Source of the DNA: Amoebidium appalachense
Taxonomy: Eukaryota; Protista; Ichthyosporea
Assembly (NCBI GenBank): GCA_963693365.1
Contig: CAVNZM010000002.1
Span: forward strand, 7,346,454 to 7,410,453
Reading direction: 5' to 3'
DNA: 64,000 bases
Positions 50,103-64,000 of the stretch are shown here, piece by piece (positions within the stretch are counted from its first letter, which is position 1; each line of letters begins with the position of its first letter). Position numbers and translations under genes: made by a program. The notes below the pieces were generated by a model that was not told the origin of the DNA, ran no database searches, and saw only the letters and a program-made list of their open reading frames with translations.

Positions 50103-50609
50103 AGGGGGGGGGGGGGGGGGGGGAGGAGAGGGAGGGGGGGGGGGGGGGTTAACGGCTGCATGATTTTGAGTGGTAGCAACCCATCTTTTCTATTATCTTC
50201 ATATGATTGCCACCACGGGCCCCAAGCTCACCAACCTCGATCATTTCACACACGCAGCTACGGCGGAGGTCGAGGTGGCGGCTACGGTGGAGGTCGTGAC
50301 AGGGACGACCGGGGGGGAAGGGGCGGGTACGGAGACAGAGACCGAGGGGGTTACGGAGGGGGAGACAGGGACAGAGACGGGGGCAGGGGTGGATATGGGG
50401 ATAGGGACAGGGGCGGCGACCGGGATAAGGGCGGGTATGGTGGCCCCCCCTCCGGTCCACCTTCGGGTGGGTATGGTGGGTCGGGCGGGTATCAAGGACC
50501 CCCCGGCGGTGCCCCCCCAGGCGCCGGTGGTGGATATCAGGGGTATGGTGGTGGAAGGGACTCTGACCGAAGGGATGAAAGGAGGGACAGGCGTGATAGG
50601 CCTTATTAG
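43052..50609 (+). CDS. FET-family (FUS/EWSR1/TAF15/cabeza-like) RNA-binding protein: RRM-RGG-RanBP2 zinc finger-RGG-PY-NLS; exons 43052-43150, 44852-44981, 46395-46564, 47437-47501, 49255-49389, 50258-50609 (~316 aa)
   Basis: Phase-consistent GT-AG introns. RRM TIYIQGLP...FSQIGLIKKDKRTKEAKIWLYTDKATGQPKGDATVTYED..A.AAIDWF has the FET-specific KK loop; finger [26 protein letters not shown]; C-terminus RDRRDRPY* matches the FUS-type PY-NLS. Confidence 0.95.
43997..44204 (+). mobile_element. Two decayed 3' fragments of the poly(C)-associated element (FET intron 1)
   Basis: cctgaggatgggctctcttatggttcatac...; catactgtttatgtatggtttgcactctgcatcgtgatatccgttgttcatgtgtacttc...gattcaacccc. Confidence 0.75.
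44307..44396 (+). repeat. ~45-bp tandem duplication
   Basis: cctcgtagtccttttcatcgtgtgctatgccacgttataaccgcc x2. Confidence 0.9.
45107..45490 (+). mobile_element. Longest-form (~385-400 bp) subfamily-A element with structured RNA core (FET intron 2)
   Basis: Near identical to 47723-48122 and 56875-57276; begins cccc|gac..ctttacttccatgcaacc and ends gcattcaa|poly(C); no ORF, no TIR. Confidence 0.92.
45247..45365 (+). ncRNA. Putative structured RNA core (hairpin + pseudoknot + kink-turn helix), unassigned family
   Basis: Pairings traced by eye and conserved by compensatory changes versus 55211-55324; function is inferred. Confidence 0.65.
47723..48122 (+). mobile_element. Longest-form subfamily-A element (FET intron 4)
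   Basis: Near identical to 45107-45490; flanked by C runs. Confidence 0.92.
48878..48995 (+). mobile_element. 3' fragment, subfamily B
   Basis: Body identical by eye to 56218-56324; poly(C) on both sides. Confidence 0.9.
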
Positions 50610-50995
50610 GTGCCTTGGGGGGGTCGGGCCAGTTGTGTTCAGTTGTGTGTGTCAAGTAGCCGGTTAACGTCGCGGTGTTGTGTGCGCTTGTGTGTGAACA
50701 GTTAATCTGTTACGGTGCAAATCGAACTTGTGAGAGGTCCCCCTACGGGTATCTTTATTTTTTGCTCTTGGGTGTGGGAATGTGTTATGACCTACATGCA
50801 ATTGCCAAGGCTATCGTCATTTATAGCCTAGTGTGATGTACCTGTTGAAGTGCTTATTAAGTTGGTGTGCTCTTTGTAGACTTTATGGCTTATGCTTTTT
50901 TGACTTCTCGGACCATAGCCTGGCCCACACGGACAAACCAGCCGTGGTGGAATAAACAGCAGCCAAGTGTCTGTGTTGGCTCTTGCACACATTCT

Positions 50996-51029
<34 letters not shown>

Positions 51030-53445
51030 TACTCCCCTTGAAATACACACACACACACACACACACGTTTTGTGGGTTCGCCCATGCAAACAGTCAGGCA
51101 CGGCTTGTTAGCCTATACATGCGTACAACAGCCCGCCAATTGCAAACTGCAAACTTTGCTGGGCCATGTACATGGTCAAGGGTGAACATTGGCCCATACG
51201 TGTGACTGGGGGATCTCAAAAGCTCTCCATCCTTATCATAAATGAAGTTTCAGGACATGTACATGCAAAGCTGTATCTATGGTGCAGCGTAATGTGCATT
51301 CAGACCATGCGGCTTCTGCAAACATCCAATGTTGCAATTCCAACCGGTTACCATTCTCATGTCGAGGCATTGCAATGGGCATTGTCCCAGAACCAAACTA
51401 GGAGGCATATACAAATTCAACGAACCTCTGCAGGGAACGATGGCATGCATGTACGTGTAGACGTAAACGACCAATTGGGCAAGGAGGTGGCTCCCTCGAC
51501 TGCCAAATGTGAGCATCATCATAAACGCTTGCCGGGAAACTCAAAAAGTAAACATAACTATGCATCAGGTTCAGGATGATTCATACTCGTCATGAGCTAA
51601 AAAGCATAGTATTATGCATCACGCATTTGACCTCACAAAAGAAATGGGACGGGGGGGGGGGGGGGGGGGGGGGGAGGGAGGGGAACAGAATCATTGGCTC
51701 TTCAGAGGCTGCCTACAAAGGACCCATATAGGCATCCTTCGACACGACCATGTATTCTTCGCTCTCGTGTTGCCTTGTGTCGTCCTCTTTCCTCCCTCCC
51801 TCCCGACCTCTAAACCCCTACCCTTTTCGCACACACGTCCCCTCTTGAACACGAACCATACGTTCGCCTTCCTTCCGCCCTAAGGAATCACCCCCCTGAG
51901 TCACCCTACACACACGTATGGTGTGTACACACATACAGAGTCTATATACAAAACCGTTTGTGTCTTGTTCTCCTCTTCTCTCTCCCTCTCTCTGCCTCGT
52001 TTCTTTCGGGCAAGATGACCCGAACTGCCCGATGATTTTGAGCCAGCGGACCGCAGCAGTGTAATTCCGCAGCCAATGAAAAACTGCGTTCGGGGCTACC
52101 CGCCATGATGATATGAGTGGCGCGCCATGTGACAGATTGCATTTGATTGGCTACTTTTCTGAGCCACTGCATCATTTTTGAAATTTTTGAGCCGCATAGA
52201 TAGGAATATGCCTGGGGGCCGGGGCCGTACAAAGGAGAGTTCAAGTATATACGAGTAACTCGGTAGCCTCAAAAATATAAAGTGCAAATAATGATCGATT
52301 ACTTAATATATTATTATTATTCTCTGTTAAGTTTTTGTGATAAACATGCATTCACCGGCTCAGTGGGGTGCGTGCACACTTTGCAGATTTTAGAACTGAT
52401 GCCTCCTGACTCTGAGGCTGAGACCGCGAGGCCTGTGAATTGCGATGCTATGCATTTAAACCCCAGCTTCCTTATTCGTCATTGGATGATAATACTTATT
52501 GCAAGCACGCAAACAACAATTATAACTACGTTAAATTTTTCTTTATTATTTTCCGGGCTAAGTGTGCTCCTATGTGTATTTTTATTGCTTAAAAGATACT
52601 CGCTTCCCTGCCGAGCACAATGTGACCCCAGGCAAATTATCATTTTCAGTGGTCAGAACGACGAGCACAACGTGATTTGCCCACTATCCAATACTGTGCT
52701 GCTCTCTTATTCTATTGGTGAGAGGGGTAAAGCCACCTAAAAACAAATTCCATCAAGGACTATGTGTGGTCATACCCTCCCAGTTTTTCTATATAGAAAA
52801 TTTCTACATTTTTAAAGTTTTAGGATATATTATTTCTTTTTGAATGATTTCAAAGAAGCCAAACGCTCTATTAACTCTTGTTCAACAGTTTCGTCCTAAT
52901 CAGTCACAAAAGCACCTGAGATCAGGTAGGAACCAATCAGAAACTTTGTCTGATGACGAGAGCAGGTTGTCCGCACTGATCATGCGAAGCCGAAAACGCC
53001 AGCCCCTTAGTCTGCTTGACTTTTGACGTCATATTAAACATCTTACCACCTCTCTTCTGTTCATATATGGGTTTTAGAGTGCTGCCTTTGTAGACTAACT
53101 TCCACTTCCCCGTGAGCGTTCGCTTTTTTTTTCCTTTTTGTTTTTGCCAAACTTTCGGGGCGATGTTTACGTTTGTGGCTGGAGGCCAGAATTTTAGTGT
53201 TTTGTAGCTTTGCCTCGGCTTGCTAATGAAGTTGGTTAGATGTAAGAGGAGAGAGATTTGGTCTTCATGAGGTTATTTTTTAAGGTTTTGATAGAGTTTG
53301 AACCGGAAAGTGTAGCTACAATTCATTTCCGTTTCTGTAAACCTGTCGGCTCCTCGCATCGTTTTGACGTCCATGGCTGGCACTCTGGCGGCGCTTTCAA
53401 GAAGAGAGAAAAACCTGTTTCTCCGAGAGAAAAAGAGTATCGAAA

Positions 53446-54144
53446 ATGCACATTGCGCCCAGGCAAGTTACAGTTACCCCGGTGCACGCCGCGGTGCAAG
53501 AGGGTGAGGAGAAGGAGAGTAGAACAGATAAGAATCAGGGGACTATGATGATGGAGAAAAAGTACAAGTGTACCTTCCCCCAGTGTATCAGCCGGCCAAA
53601 CGTCAAGAGAAACAATATCGAGAGACATGTCTGGTGAGTTTTGGGGCTGTTGTGGCAACCTTGTTGCGGTTTTTTCTTGCTTATCCTTGGATTTGTAATG
53701 GATTTTTCCGGGTAGGAACTTGAAATACGCAGTCGTGTTGGGTTCTTGTTTTTCGAAAAGGGAACGAAACGAATGAAGCTGCTTTCAAATCGCAGATGTA
53801 TTACATGGAAGAATGCTGTATTAATCGTGTTCAATGTCTCGGTGTGTTTGGTAGTGTTTTGCTGGTGTTTCTGTGCTTATATGGATTAATTTCTGTTGTT
53901 CTGGAAGATATGGATTTCGTTGCGTTTAATCTCAAGGAGAACCTTAGCTGAGCTAGCAGGTGATGAAGAGGTGATGCTGGACAAGAGGATTGGCATGTTC
54001 TCGTTGTGTGGGTTTGTGTACATGTACATCTCTCTCGTCTTGGTTTCCGTGCTGGTGCTAACATTTGCTGTTGTATGGGTGCAAGTGTTTGTAACAGATT
54101 TGTATCGTTTTGCAGCATGTCGACATGCACTTGCATGCAGCTTG

Positions 54145-54175
<31 letters not shown>

Positions 54176-54977
54176 CACGTATCCTCGCTTGTATGAACTG
54201 TCTGCTGAAACTCTCTAGAAAATGGCACTTGTGGTTCAACGTGGGGTATGTGTTTGCTATTATGATTGAGGTGTGTGGGTGCATGTTTACTTGTCTTCTG
54301 CATCCCCTCCCCTCCCGGCCCCACGCCTCCATTTTCTAAGGATTTATGTGAGCTTTGTAGCCTTATTTGTGCGCTGTCCGTCAGGAATGTGTACTTTGAT
54401 TGATCTCTGTAACACATTATAGCCCCCCCCCCCCCCCCCATCCCCCGCCGGGGGCGCTCTATGATTGTGTGGTGCGTTGTGTTCCCTCCCTCTCTCCTCT
54501 CTCTCTTGTTCCCCCCCCCCCCCCCCCCCCCGGAGGATGCCTCTGCTTATAAGGCATCTCCGTGTGTGCTTTGCAAAAATCGGCATTTTGTTTTTGGTGT
54601 AAGTATAATTCGTTTTCCGTAACACAATCAAAATTCACCTTGTTTCCCGAACACCCTGACCTCGCCTTATTTCGGTGGGTGTTTTGTAATGGTTTCCTTC
54701 TGTGCCATGGTTTGATTGGCCGGAACTGACATTGTTTTTTCCTAGGACCCAGCATGTGCGAGAGAAGCTGAACATGATGAATGAGAAGTACCTTGCTGGC
54801 CAGCACAAGGACCACGTTGACAGGTGTGTGGCTCGTAAAAACACATAATGTAGACATGCACATACAACCACTGTAGCACACACACTTGCACGCGGTCACA
54901 TTTGCACACACATACACACGGACAAAGGAGTAATGTTCCATACTGTCTATTCGCATTCAATTCCATTAGCACACGCC

Positions 54978-55023
<46 letters not shown>

Positions 55024-55708
55024 ACTATATGTGTGCACGCTAGCACATACATGCATACACACGCACACATGCACAGTAGCCCCCCGGCCTACTGTCCATG
55101 CACCGTTAACTTCCTTAACAGATGTGTGCACTTACATTCTCTCCTCCCCCCCCCCCCCCCCCCCCCCCCCCCCGGCCTTTCCCACTGCCCTTGCCTGCAT
55201 AAGTAATCCTGCTCGTTTCTGATCAAGACGGGTGACCTACCCATGTTCAAGTGAAACAGTATCTGAGTTTGGTTTCGTTAACGAGGTGAATAGGTCGAAA
55301 CTCGGGTATTGTGGATGACGTGGGCCCCCCCTGAGGATGGGCTCTGCTTATTATGCATACTCTTTATGTATGGTTTGCATTCTGCATCGTGTTATCCGTT
55401 GTTCTTGGTACTTCGTACTTTATGACGCATTCAAACCCCCCCCCCCCCCCTCTCTCCCCCATCATAATGCATGCTTTTTTATTCGTACTCTTTTTATGCG
55501 TGCTCTGCACTCTGCACTGTGTTGTCCATCATGAACGTGAGCTTTATATCCTATTTGTAGTTGCGAAGGAGTCCCCCCGACGATGGGCTCTGTCCAAGGA
55601 TCTCCTGCTTGCACAATTACGTTGGAGTCTGGTTCGTGCTCGTTATTACATGGTTTACTAATGTCCATGTTTGCCACCCTCGATTGCATTTATTCTCGAT
55701 TGCATTTA

Positions 55709-55743
<35 letters not shown>

Positions 55744-55882
55744 GGCTCTGCTTATGATGCATAACTCTTGATGTCGTTTGCACTCTGCCGTGCATGGTGT
55801 AGTCCGTTATGCATGTGTACGTCTTACCTCGTGTTATCCGTTGTTTATGTGTTCTTGGTACTTTATGACGCATCCCCCCATC

Positions 55883-55913
<31 letters not shown>

Positions 55914-56322
55914 AAAAAAAAAAAAAAAACATACACACATAAACGCACACACCCCAGTGAAGGATGAGGTTTTTTGTTCTGTGTTCTGCATGTCGTTCTG
56001 TTTTCGGTACCTGTTGTGTAGGGGCTTTGTATATCTTCGTGCCGTGCTGTGTAGCGTGTGCATCCTCCCACCCTCTCCCCTCTCCTCCCCTTCACCTTCC
56101 TGTCCCGGAAGGTTATTGCTGGTTTTTTTTTATTGTCACATTTCGTTTTTTTTGTCTTCTAATGTCTTCTCCTCCTTACCTTTAAACCCTCAATGCATTC
56201 ATATCCCCCGGCCCCCCCTGAGGATGGGCTCTGCTTATTATGCATACTCTTTATGTATGGCTTGCATTCTGCATCGTGTTATCCGTTTGTTCTTGTGTAC
56301 TTCGTACTTTTTGACGCATTCA

Positions 56323-56362
<40 letters not shown>

Positions 56363-56501
56363 CCACCACCACCACGTCTTCCTCTTTCTCCTCCGGTGAA
56401 CCCCCCTGATGATATTGATGAACTTTGATTGATTCCGACCCTCTAATTTATACCTTTTTGGTCCGTTGTGAACGTGTACTTTGTGCTCTTATGGCACATT
56501 C

Positions 56502-56540
<39 letters not shown>

Positions 56541-57271
56541 TCCCAATAGCCAAGACACGGGCACACTCTTATTTACCTCGCACTTCCTTCCATCCCTCCG
56601 GTCCTGGTTTCTTGTGGCTACGATTGACTTCTGGTGCCTCTCATGTATTTCTTGACAGTTCTCCACCTGCTAACACATTGTTCCGTTTTTCCATTTCTTT
56701 CACCCACCCCCCCTGAGGATGGGCTCTGCTTATGACGCATACTGTGCACATGGCTGATGTTGCATACTTGAATGTTTGCCTTTGCATGTGTCCTGCACCC
56801 TGCTTCTCGTCGTGTATGCGTACTTCGTACCGTGTTCCGCATTCAACCCCCCCCCCCCCCCCCCCCCCCCCCCCGACAGCTTTACTTCCATGCAACCGAG
56901 CATGGTTGCTCTGTGTCGTGCATCTATGAGCACATACGCATTTTTCGCTGCACTGCATTAGTTTGCACACACGTCACCTTTTTGCTCACCTTGCATGCAT
57001 AAGCATGCATAAGCAACCCTGCACGTCTTTGATCAAGACGGGTTGACCCTCCCAAGCTCAGTTGATGCTGCTGTCTGAGTTGGAGCGTCGTATATACGCG
57101 GGCTGAGGGGTCGAAACTCAGACGCAATTGATGACTTGAGCCCTCCCTGAGGATAGGCTCTGCTTATGACGCATACTGTGCGCATGGCTGTTGTTGCATA
57201 CTTGAATGTTTGCCTTTGCATGTGTCCTGCACCATGTTTCTCATCGTGTATGTGTACTTCGTAACGTGTTC

Positions 57272-57309
<38 letters not shown>

Positions 57310-58077
57310 TTTGCTGCAGAAATTACCACGGCGCTCACACTGATTCTTCTACTCTTTGCCTTTAGGTGGGTTGCCGTGCACTGGGAGCCAGCAGCAAACT
57401 CAGTGGCCGACCCAGCTGGGGAGTCAGCCATGTATGCCCGACAAGCATTCTCAGACACATCAACCGTCGGGTCCCCCCACCCTTACGAGCCAATCCCGAA
57501 TCACGATCTGGAGCCCCACGCATACAACCCGCACGCACCGCAAGCCCAACAACATGGATCGTACGAACAACAGCAACAACAACAGCAACAGGTTTACCCC
57601 CCGCCTCCGGACACAGTTAAAGAGCAACCGTACTCTGTGAGTGCAATCATGTCTCCTACTTCGTGGGCAAAGAGGTCTTACAGCTTGCCCGGCCAGTTGC
57701 CTTCAACGCACGCAAACGCGCAACAGCCGATTTCGGCGTCGTCGTACCCAACACAGCAACACGAACAGGCACAAGCACAAGCACAGATCCACGCACAGAT
57801 GCAGATGCAACCACCACCACAATCCCAACCCCAAATGCCGCAACAAGAGGTGAGGGAGGAGAGAAGACCCTCCCGCGCGGAGGCTTTTGCTGAACCGAAC
57901 GCTCAGGGGGCTAGCAATTATGCAGCTAGCGAGGTTGTGGGTACGCCGTATGAGCAGAGTGCGGGGACAACAGGGCCATCACACCACTATGGGTGGCAGC
58001 AGCAGTACCAGCAGCAACGCACATACAACCCATATCCTATACCCCACAGGCCTACCTCCCCTTCTACACAGCAACTA

Positions 58078-58116
<39 letters not shown>

Positions 58117-58710
58117 CAGCAACAAGCGCAACCCATTCCACAGCAACCACAACAACAAAGGCACTCCATCCCGCAGGTTTCCTACCCTACGTCCATACCC
58201 ACACAGGCGCACATTCCCACCCACTACGCCACTATGTCGACCTCAGCACCCGCTATTCCCACCGCGGCGCCCACACACCCCTACCAACCCCACACACCAT
58301 GGGCACACCTACAAGGCCCCGCCTCCTCCCCATCCCTCTACACCCCCTCTGCGTCCGTCCCCGCCTCCACCGCCACAGCAACACACAGCCTAAGCTACGA
58401 CTCCATCCCTCGTCCCGTCGCAACGCACACCGTCACTCCCGTTACTCCCACCCCTGATCTCGCCTTTTACGCCGTTTACTACCAACACTACGCCGCCGAA
58501 GCCGCGCGTATGATGACCGGTTCTGTTATTCCCACTGCTGTACCTTATGACCCCGCGGCCGCCTTGGCCCGGTGGCAGGCGGCGTACACACAGGTGGCCG
58601 CTAGCGTAGCCGGTGCACCTGGGCAGCACCAACAGGCAAACGCGGGCGGGGTACAGATGATGGCACACCCACAAATGGCTTATGCTGCACATATGCAACA
58701 GCAACCGTGA
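53446..58710 (+). CDS. Q/P-rich protein with an N-terminal C2H2-type zinc finger (putative transcription factor); exons 53446-53633, 54746-54823, 57366-58710 (~536 aa)
   Basis: Phase-2 GT-AG introns give KYKCTFPQCISRPNVKRNNIERHV|WTQH (CX4CX13HX4H) and ...HVD|RWVAVHWEP... into the 444-aa Q/P/A-rich ORF; branch-like ctgac before exon 2; start could be ATG 53545 instead. Confidence 0.85.
55186..55435 (+). mobile_element. Subfamily-B element retaining the whole structured core
   Basis: Homologous to subfamily A (tgcataag..ctcgt..tgatcaagacggg..gacc..ctgagtt..ggtcgaaactc..gatgac.tgggccc..ctgaggatgggctctgctta) but diverged; poly(C) on both sides. Confidence 0.9.
56210..56324 (+). mobile_element. 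3' fragment, subfamily B
   Basis: Body identical by eye to 48889-48995; ends gacgcattcaaa+poly(C). Confidence 0.9.
56713..57276 (+). mobile_element. Head-to-tail pair: subfamily-A 3' fragment (56713-56846) + poly(C) + longest-form subfamily-A copy (56875-57276) ending in (TA)n
   Basis: Direct sequence identity to the 45107 and 47723 copies. Confidence 0.92.
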
Positions 58711-59711
58711 GAAAAATGGCTCGGGATGATGTTGGGTGTGTGTGGTGGTGGTGGTGTGTGTGTGTGCGCGCAGGGGGGGGGAGGGGGGGGGTATGGCGTG
58801 TGCACATGCACATAGCAATAAGTTGTATCTATGCTAGAATATCGGGTTCTGGTGGTGCGTGGGTATGCATGCACTTGAAGCTTTTGGGTAACTAGGTCTG
58901 GTTTGTTGGAAAACGGTGATAGGTAGTACGGCTCTTTGGTGTCCCATAACCGAGCGAATTTCTGCGAAAGGGTTTTATACGTAATAGTATTTATCCATTG
59001 TATATTTCTTGATAGTCGGAGAATCCGGAAAGGGGTTGCCGCGCACATTATTAGTGGCTTATCGTGCTTCAGAGTTGTGTACGGGCCAGGTTTCATGTTG
59101 GTACCCAAGTGATGTATTCTTCTGTTTATTGGTACGTTATTCCATACATTCTCTGTGGAAATGTTATCACATGATTCCGGCTTGTGTGGTTTGTACATAT
59201 AATGTATCCATTCTTATGTAGTCCTTGGTTGGACAAGAATGTTGACAATGTGGTCAGGGTATAGCTTGAATATATGATACAAACATGTGTACATCACCCG
59301 CATACGTATGATTTTCTTTTTGCGAGTAAATTGCTCAATGATTCGAAGCCTGACCTTGCGAAATTTTTACATTTTTGTCAAATGTTCGCTCTCCTCCATC
59401 TGTGTGGGTGTCCGATCAGAGGTGCTTACAGTAGCCTACTGTGTGATTGTGGGTATGTGTTTCTATTTATTTATTTTTGGCATGCTGCATGCATATGAAC
59501 TGCTCTTGGCATGTGCGTGTATGAATGAGAAACTGTGTGCGCACGCAAGCGTGTGCGAGTTATGTGCATGGTGACAATGCCTCGGTACCGGAATGATCGA
59601 TATGACTGCATGTGTGCTAATCGTGTGCACGCTTATGAATGTATGTGTGTGTTCTTGAATGTGGATCCGGATCTGAGCGGGATTGGGACGGGTTGGCCTT
59701 TTTTTGACAAT

Positions 59712-59750
<39 letters not shown>

Positions 59751-59827
59751 TGTGAGTATATGTGTGTGTGGTACCGGTGGTGGTGGTGGTGGTTGGTGGT
59801 GGTTGGTGGTGGTGGTGGTGGAAGGAT

Positions 59828-59880
<53 letters not shown>

Positions 59881-60035
59881 TAATTATGTTGGGGGAGGCC
59901 CCCACCCAACACGTGTATGTACGCGCGCGTACACGTCCACCCTGAAAAATGTGCAGACAGAGCCAACATGGTTACACGTACGTACTGACAGCCGATTTAG
60001 TAAGTTATTTGGGGCAACCCCCAGCCTGCACCGGT

Positions 60036-60125
<90 letters not shown>

Positions 60126-60154
60126 GCGCGCGCGCTCTCTCTCCCTCTCCCCCC

Positions 60155-60298
<144 letters not shown>

Positions 60299-60342
60299 AT
60301 TCTCTTTCGACTCTCCCCCTCTCTCTCGCCCTCCCTCTTTGA

Positions 60343-60407
<65 letters not shown>

Positions 60408-60460
60408 CTCCCGCTCTCCCCGTACACCGTGTGCAATATGTGTGTGTGTCTGTGTGTATG

Positions 60461-60514
<54 letters not shown>

Positions 60515-61018
60515 TTGTGTGTGTGTGTGTGTGCGCGCCACGTGTGTGTCCGTGTGTGTGTACTGTATCATCATGTGTAGAATGTGTTGGCGTACATGTG
60601 TTCAATTGGATACATGTGACACGTGCACATGTGTGTATATGAGCATGTGTGCTTGTGTGTGTGTGTGCATGTGTGCGTGCGAGCAACACTGTGCGCACGT
60701 GTGTGTGCTTGTGTGGGGTGTATGGTACATATGCATGTGTGTTTTCTGGTGAATTTGTATTTTTTGTGTGCATTTGTATTTCGCGCGTGCAAGTGATGGT
60801 GTCTTTGCTGTGTTTGGGCGGTTGATAGTGATAGCTGCATTCGGTTAGTGGTGGCGGTTTTATTATCACATACGTCGCTTGCTGTATCTTTTTGGTTGCG
60901 CTAGAAAACTGACTTGGTCGTCAGGTAAGGTTGTGAACATATTGTAGCAAAAGATTAGTGCGCGGGCTGGTGGTGGCCACGTTCTTCGAATTCACGTTGA
61001 GGCTCTTGGGCTTGCATC

Positions 61019-61330
61019 ATTTCAGTGTGCTTTGTTTGGATGCGGATTTAGCGCCCATCAACACAGTGACTAAACACACCAACTAGAGATCGCTCTTTGT
61101 ATACAATTTTGGGTTGGCAATAGATTGCTTTTGAGATCTTGCCAATCAACAATGTGAATAGGTTTCACAGCAGCAATCTAGAGCCCCGATCTATTGAAAC
61201 CTATTCACATTGTTGATTGGCAAGATCTCAAGAGCAATCTATTGCCAACCCAAAATTGTACACAAAGAGCGATTTCTAATTGGTGTGTTGATGGGCGCGA
61301 AATCTGCATCCAATCAAAGCACACTGGAAT
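61019..61330. repeat. Long imperfect inverted repeat (arms 61019-61167 and 61195-61330, 27-nt spacer)
   Basis: For example tacaattttgggttggcaatagattgcttttgagatcttgccaatcaacaatgtgaataggtttca pairs with tgaaacctattcacattgttgattggcaagatctcaagagcaatctattgccaacccaaaattgta. Confidence 0.93.
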
Positions 61331-61609
61331 CTTCGGGACGACAACCGACTCTGACACTCACCATGTAAAGTTCATTTACTTATTGCTATTTATATACGCA
61401 CGCGAAGCATCACTTATCCCCGACATTTAGACTGGTTTTATCTTGTAATCTGGGACGTGATAGTCAATCAGACACAAGACAGCTCCATCTCTCTTCGCTT
61501 GTGTGTGGCGGCCTTTCTGGGCGGCCAAATCGTTTCTGGATCTGGAAGACAATTTTCGGAAAGGAAAATCACCAAGGTGCCCCGCGCCGTGCGTGTTAAT
61601 ATTTGAAGG

Positions 61610-63515
<1,906 letters not shown>

Positions 63516-64000
63516 GTAACGCGCCCCCCCCCCCCCCCCCCCCCCCCCCTTGCAAAAAAAACAAAAAAAAACAAAAAAAACCAACAAACAGAAAAAAACA
63601 AACAAATATAAAAATCACTGTTTTGCCCCCGCACCTCTGCATCCTTGTCCCTTCTAGTTTGTACTCTGTCGTTATACTCATGCCCAATGATATTGAGTTG
63701 CATGCTGGCCAGACCATGTTCCCACCCCCTAAACCCAATGGGTATTTCTGCAGATTCTTTCTTGTTATCCCAAAAAGCCCGCCCCAACTAAGCCAAATTC
63801 CCCCCTCCCCCCCCCCCCTCTCCCTCCCACCCGGCCAAGCACCTTAAGCTTTAAAACCTTCTCCTCCAATTGGAAAAAGATTACGAAAGAGAATAAGTTC
63901 AACAAGAAAGAAAAGGGAAAAAAACACAAACAAATGTGACTTTTTCGATCGTTGGGATGGAGATTGGGGAGTGGGGGGTGGAGGTGTGGGTGGGGGGGAT

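Noticed and set aside
51166-51579. 137-aa non-repetitive ORF between the FET and zinc-finger genes
   Set aside because: No recognisable motif, composition not convincingly coding, no supporting exon chain
55247-55318. SECIS-like GUGAA...GGAU quartet
   Set aside because: Intronic, no apical AAR motif at SECIS spacing and no in-frame UGA selenoprotein nearby; better explained as a generic K-turn
57071-57125. Hammerhead-like words (GUU...CUGAGGG...GAAA) in the element core, and CUGAGGA in its 3' module
   Set aside because: No stem II or proper stem I; CUGA is CUAA in other A copies and absent in subfamily B; the CUGAGGA hairpin is not followed by GAAA

Overview
Eukaryotic, intron-rich genomic DNA (standard code, canonical GT-AG introns, CT(A/G)AC-like branch points, CCAAT-rich promoters), saturated with poly(C)/poly(G) runs and (CA)n/(GA)n/(TA)n microsatellites. 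Nearly all ORFs in the supplied track are microsatellite artefacts. Manual splicing recovers six complete, phase-consistent genes: an MDR-family oxidoreductase (+), a 9-exon cathepsin-B-like protease fused to a TSP1 domain, two copies of an unrecognised 6-Cys domain and a membrane-anchor tail (-), two Q/P-rich single-C2H2-finger proteins (- and +), a TraB-domain protein (+) and a FET (FUS/EWS/TAF15)-family RNA-binding protein (+). A second cathepsin paralog (+) runs off the right end. The most striking signal is a dispersed non-coding element (~25 full, truncated or decayed copies, two subfamilies). It sits at poly(C) tracts, always in the sense orientation of the host transcript, with variable 5' truncation and a fixed 3' end. 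Its ~120-nt core folds, with compensatory changes between subfamilies, into a hairpin plus a kink-turn-bent helix closed by a pseudoknot, a ribozyme/riboswitch-like architecture I cannot assign to a known family. Taxon cannot be determined from sequence; a unicellular opisthokont/holozoan is only a guess.
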